Assembly (NCBI GenBank): GCA_041746255.1
Contig: JBGTHM010000064.1
Location: forward strand, 1 to 59,190
Source: Fibrobacteria bacterium
GTDB lineage: Bacteria > Fibrobacterota > Fibrobacteria > UBA11236
DNA: 59,190 nt
Direction of reading: 5' to 3'
The notes under the pieces are model-generated. The model had not been told where the DNA came from and did no database searches. It was given only the letters and a program-made list of their open reading frames with translations. The translations under genes were made by a program, and so were the position numbers. Shown here piece by piece: positions 55,797 through 59,190 of this stretch (positions are counted from its first letter, which is position 1; every line of letters begins with the position of its first letter).

Positions 55797-58586
55797 TCAA
55801 TGCGCTTCCAGCCAATTGGTTCCAAATCCGATATCCACCTGCAGGGGAACCGCGAGCTGCATCGCGCCTTCCATTTCTTCGCGGATAAGTTTGGATGCCG
55901 CTTCGATATGTTCTTCGCGCACCTCGAAAACGAGTTCGTCATGCACCTGTAACAGCATGTCGCAATCGAGCTTGGCATCCGCGAGGCGGCGGTGAATACG
56001 GATCATGGCGATTTTGATGAGATCGGCCGCGCTTCCCTGGATAGGGGTATTGGCGGCGATACGTTCGGCGTTTTCCTTCAACATGCGGTTATCCGTCAAC
56101 AAATCGGGAAGGTAGCGCTTGCGGCCCGCAAGGGTTTCCACATAGCCATCTTTGCGCCCTTTATCCACCATATCCTGGAGGTAGCGCTCCACATGCGAAT
56201 AGGTAGAGAAGTAATTGGAAATGAACAGGGCCGCGTCGCTGCGCGAAATTTTGAGTTGGGCGGCCAGACGATGAGCCCCCATGCCGTACAGCACGCCGAA
56301 ATTGACCACCTTGGCATTGCGGCGCATCTCGGAAGTGACGCTATTCTCGTCTACTCCATATAATGCGGCTGCGGTGCGTGCGTGGATGTCCAGACCTTTG
56401 CGATAGGCTTCGAGAAGCGCGGGGTCGCCGCTCAAATGCGCCAGGAGACGCAACTCGATTTGCGAGTAATCGGCGCTGAGCAGCCGGTATTCCGGCGACT
56501 TGGCGGTGAAACATTTCCGCACGCTGCGCCCCAATTCGGTGCGGATGGGAATGTTCTGCAAATTCGGGTTTAGGCTGGACAGTCTTCCCGTGGCGGCGAT
56601 TACCTGGGAGTAATTGGTGTGCACGCGTTGGGTAGCGGGGTCGGCCATCAAAGGCAGCGCCTCGACATAGGTGTTTTGCAATTTGGTGCATTCCCGATGA
56701 TCGAGAAGGAGCGAAATGATGGGATGCTCGCCTTCCAGCTTTTGCAAAACGGCGGCATCGGTGGAAAAGCCGGTTTTGGTTTTCTTGCCGGTTTTAAGCC
56801 CCATTCTCACGAAAAGAATTTCCGCCAATTGCATGGGCGAGTTGATATTGAAAACACTGCCCGCCAGGCTGAAGATGGTATCTTCCAGACGCGCTATCTC
56901 TAGCTTCAACTTTGTCGAGATTTCCTGCAAGGCATCGATGTCCAAGCGAATACCCCGGCGCTCCATTTCCATCAGGACCGGGACCAAGGCCATTTCCATT
57001 TCTTCATAGAGCCTGTCGAGACGTTTTTCGCGTAACTCTTCGCCGTATATCTTCCAGAGCCGGAAGGTGAAATCGGCGTCTTCGGCGCCGTATATCGCCG
57101 CCTGGTCGACCGGAACCCGCGAGAAGCTGATCTGGTTTTTGCCCTTGCCTATCAGTTCTTCGATGGGAATCATCTCGACGCCGAATTTGTCCAAGGCCAA
57201 TTCATCAAGGGAGATCTTTCGGGTACCGGGGTCGCATAAATAAGCGGCAATCATGGTATCGTGTATGCGTCGGCCGTCGAAATCCTCCCGCCCCAGCAGG
57301 CCGTGATTTTGCAGAATTTCCAAATCGAACTTCGCGTTATGAAATACCAACTGCTTATCCGGATGCTTCAGCAACGGACTTAGGGCCTCTATCACCGCAT
57401 TCAGGGGAAGGTTGGTTCCAACTTCATGTCCGATGGGAAGATACCATCCCGCGCCTTCCGCCACGGAAAGGCACAGGCCCACCAGCGAAGCCTTGCGGCT
57501 ATTAAGCCCGGAAGTTTCGGTGTCTACGGCCAATACGGGATGGGACTGCAACGTCTCCGCCAATTGGGAGAGCTCCGGCAAGGTGGCTACCAGACGGTAA
57601 TCCCCGGCGGGCTTTTCCTTTATCATCGTATCGGATCCCTCTCCGGCTCCGTCTCCAATTCCAGCGCCGTCACCCCCGCCTGCATTGCCGACGTCGGTGG
57701 AACTGTTTTCGTTGGGGATAAATTTCATCAACGAAGTGAGTTCCCAACGATCGAGGAATTTACGAATGGAAGCCACGTCCAGCGAATGGAAGCGTAAATC
57801 CGAAATGCCCAGGGGCAACAATAAATTGCAGTCCAGCGTAGCCAGCTTTTGCGAGAGAAAGGCCATCTCCCGGTCTTTGATCAGGTTTTCCTTCAGCGCC
57901 TTCTTGTCGATTTTGTCGATATTTTCGTAAATGCCGGCGAGACTGCCGTAGGTTTCCAGTAGAGTTTGCGCGGTTTTGGGACCGACCTTCGAGACGCCGG
58001 GAATGTTGTCGGATGCGTCCCCCATCAAAGCCAGTAAATCGATGATATGCTCGGGACCCACTCCCATCTTTTCCTTCACGCCGTCGGGGCCGAGCGCCAC
58101 CGAAGGTTGGTTCATGCGCCCCAACTCGTAGAGGTGGATGGAATCTCCCACTAATTGCATGAGATCCTTGTCCCGACTCACGATATAAACTTTCAAGCCC
58201 TGGGCGCGCGCCTGCAAGGCGAGCGTGCCGATGACGTCGTCGGCTTCGTAACCTTCCAGACAAATGGTTTGCAGTCCGGAGTGGGCCACGAAATCGTCGA
58301 TGGCCGGTAGCTGGGAAACCAAGGGTTCGGGCATGGGTTTGCGGTGGGCTTTGTATTCCGCGAACAATTCCCGACGGAAAGTGGGCCCGGGAAGGTCTTT
58401 GACAAAAGCGATATGGCTGGGGCGGCATTCGGCGATCAGCCTCAAGGTATGCGAGGCGAAGCCGAAAATCGCCGAGGTCTCCTCGCCACGCGAGTTGACC
58501 AGGGGATTTTTAATGAAAGCGAAGTAGGAACGATAGGCGACTGCGGAAACGTCGATGAGAAATAAGGAAGGCGACATGCTTGTCAT
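55797..58586 (-). CDS. polA: DNA polymerase I
   Basis: 5'-3' exonuclease (YKAHR, EADD, GDASDNIPGV), 3'-5' exonuclease DTET, polymerase motifs DYSQIELR, KVVNFGVLYG, QVHDE. Confidence 0.98.
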   Translation of the reverse strand: MTSMSPSLFLIDVSAVAYRSYFAFIKNPLVNSRGEETSAIFGFASHTLRLIAECRPSHIAFVKDLPGPTFRRELFAEYKAHRKPMPEPLVSQLPAIDDFVAHSGLQTICLEGYEADDVIGTLALQARAQGLKVYIVSRDKDLMQLVGDSIHLYELGRMNQPSVALGPDGVKEKMGVGPEHIIDLLALMGDASDNIPGVSKVGPKTAQTLLETYGSLAGIYENIDKIDKKALKENLIKDREMAFLSQKLATLDCNLLLPLGISDLRFHSLDVASIRKFLDRWELTSLMKFIPNENSSTDVGNAGGGDGAGIGDGAGEGSDTMIKEKPAGDYRLVATLPELSQLAETLQSHPVLAVDTETSGLNSRKASLVGLCLSVAEGAGWYLPIGHEVGTNLPLNAVIEALSPLLKHPDKQLVFHNAKFDLEILQNHGLLGREDFDGRRIHDTMIAAYLCDPGTRKISLDELALDKFGVEMIPIEELIGKGKNQISFSRVPVDQAAIYGAEDADFTFRLWKIYGEELREKRLDRLYEEMEMALVPVLMEMERRGIRLDIDALQEISTKLKLEIARLEDTIFSLAGSVFNINSPMQLAEILFVRMGLKTGKKTKTGFSTDAAVLQKLEGEHPIISLLLDHRECTKLQNTYVEALPLMADPATQRVHTNYSQVIAATGRLSSLNPNLQNIPIRTELGRSVRKCFTAKSPEYRLLSADYSQIELRLLAHLSGDPALLEAYRKGLDIHARTAAALYGVDENSVTSEMRRNAKVVNFGVLYGMGAHRLAAQLKISRSDAALFISNYFSTYSHVERYLQDMVDKGRKDGYVETLAGRKRYLPDLLTDNRMLKENAERIAANTPIQGSAADLIKIAMIRIHRRLADAKLDCDMLLQVHDELVFEVREEHIEAASKLIREEMEGAMQLAVPLQVDIGFGTNWLEAH

Positions 58587-58600
58587 TCATGCCGGCTTAT

Positions 58601-59190
58601 TCAGGCGGGTTCGGCAACATCTTGAGGCTGTTTTTTGAATTCGCTTTTCAGGAATTCAACGGCCGCATCCACGCTGATGGGGAGATCTCCCTGGGGAATC
58701 ACGCCTTCTTGTTGCAAGGCCACGAAAAGCCGGGGAACCGAAGGCAATGCGATGCTGGCCAGCCTCAGGATTTCCTGGTTGGCCATGACTTTTTGCGGCT
58801 CATCATACATCAGCACCCGCCCTTCGCCGAGCACAATGAGGCGATCGACTATATCGAGTATGTCTTCCATGCGATGGGAGGAAACCAGGATGGAAAGGCC
58901 ACGAGCCTTCAATTCCTTGATAGTGGTTTGGGTATCGCGTATGCCGGTGGCGTCAAGGTCGGCCAACGGCTCATCGAGCAAGAGCAGAGAAGGATCGGAA
59001 ATCAGCGCCATGGCCAATGCGATGCGGCGGCGTTCACCGCAGGACATTTCGTCGAGATACCATTCGCGGGCCTGCTTCATGCGCACGACTTTGAGTACGA
59101 AAGCGACCTTTTCGCGGATGACGCGGCCTTCATAGCCCATCAAGCGGCAAGCGCGGGCCAATTCATCTTCGACCGTCGGTCCCACGAGTT
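58601..59190 (-). CDS. ECF-type (CbiO/EcfA) ABC transporter ATPase, 5'-truncated by the window
   Basis: PTVEDEL, signature MSCGERRR, Walker B LLLDEP, SH switch. Confidence 0.85.
   Translation of the reverse strand, partial: LVGPTVEDELARACRLMGYEGRVIREKVAFVLKVVRMKQAREWYLDEMSCGERRRIALAMALISDPSLLLLDEPLADLDATGIRDTQTTIKELKARGLSILVSSHRMEDILDIVDRLIVLGEGRVLMYDEPQKVMANQEILRLASIALPSVPRLFVALQQEGVIPQGDLPISVDAAVEFLKSEFKKQPQDVAEPA

Noticed and set aside
1..59190. CRISPR array, rRNA or prophage
   Set aside because: No regularly spaced direct repeats, rRNA-like stretch or phage structural genes seen.

Overview
Bacterial chromosomal window of moderately high GC (judged by eye). The gene content (FlgD/T9SS-like C-terminal domain, PorV-like barrel, ClpS and DUF3467 types) suggests an FCB-group organism such as Fibrobacterota, but this is inference only. 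The window opens inside the 3' end of an IS256-family element, followed by an AT-richer two-gene HipA-like kinase + HIRAN module. Housekeeping genes come next (gcvH, murD, clpS, HU/IHF), then a three-gene outer-membrane/secreted-protein locus. The centre (16.7-41.9 kb) is a cation-homeostasis supercluster: two tandem CaCA exchangers and three complete, differently organised Mrp Na+/H+ antiporter operons (25 genes, about 20.5 kb, all on the minus strand). Several Mrp subunits carry substitutions at normally conserved charged residues. htpX sits at the head of this cluster behind a strongly structured 5' leader. The right part holds ppk1/ppx, a stand-alone four-repeat helicase-associated (HA) domain protein, thrH, purF, an apparently toxin-deleted type IV TA-like relic beside tRNA-Val(CAC), coaE, polA and a partial ECF ATPase. 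All family assignments come from motif recognition by eye; no database searches were run.
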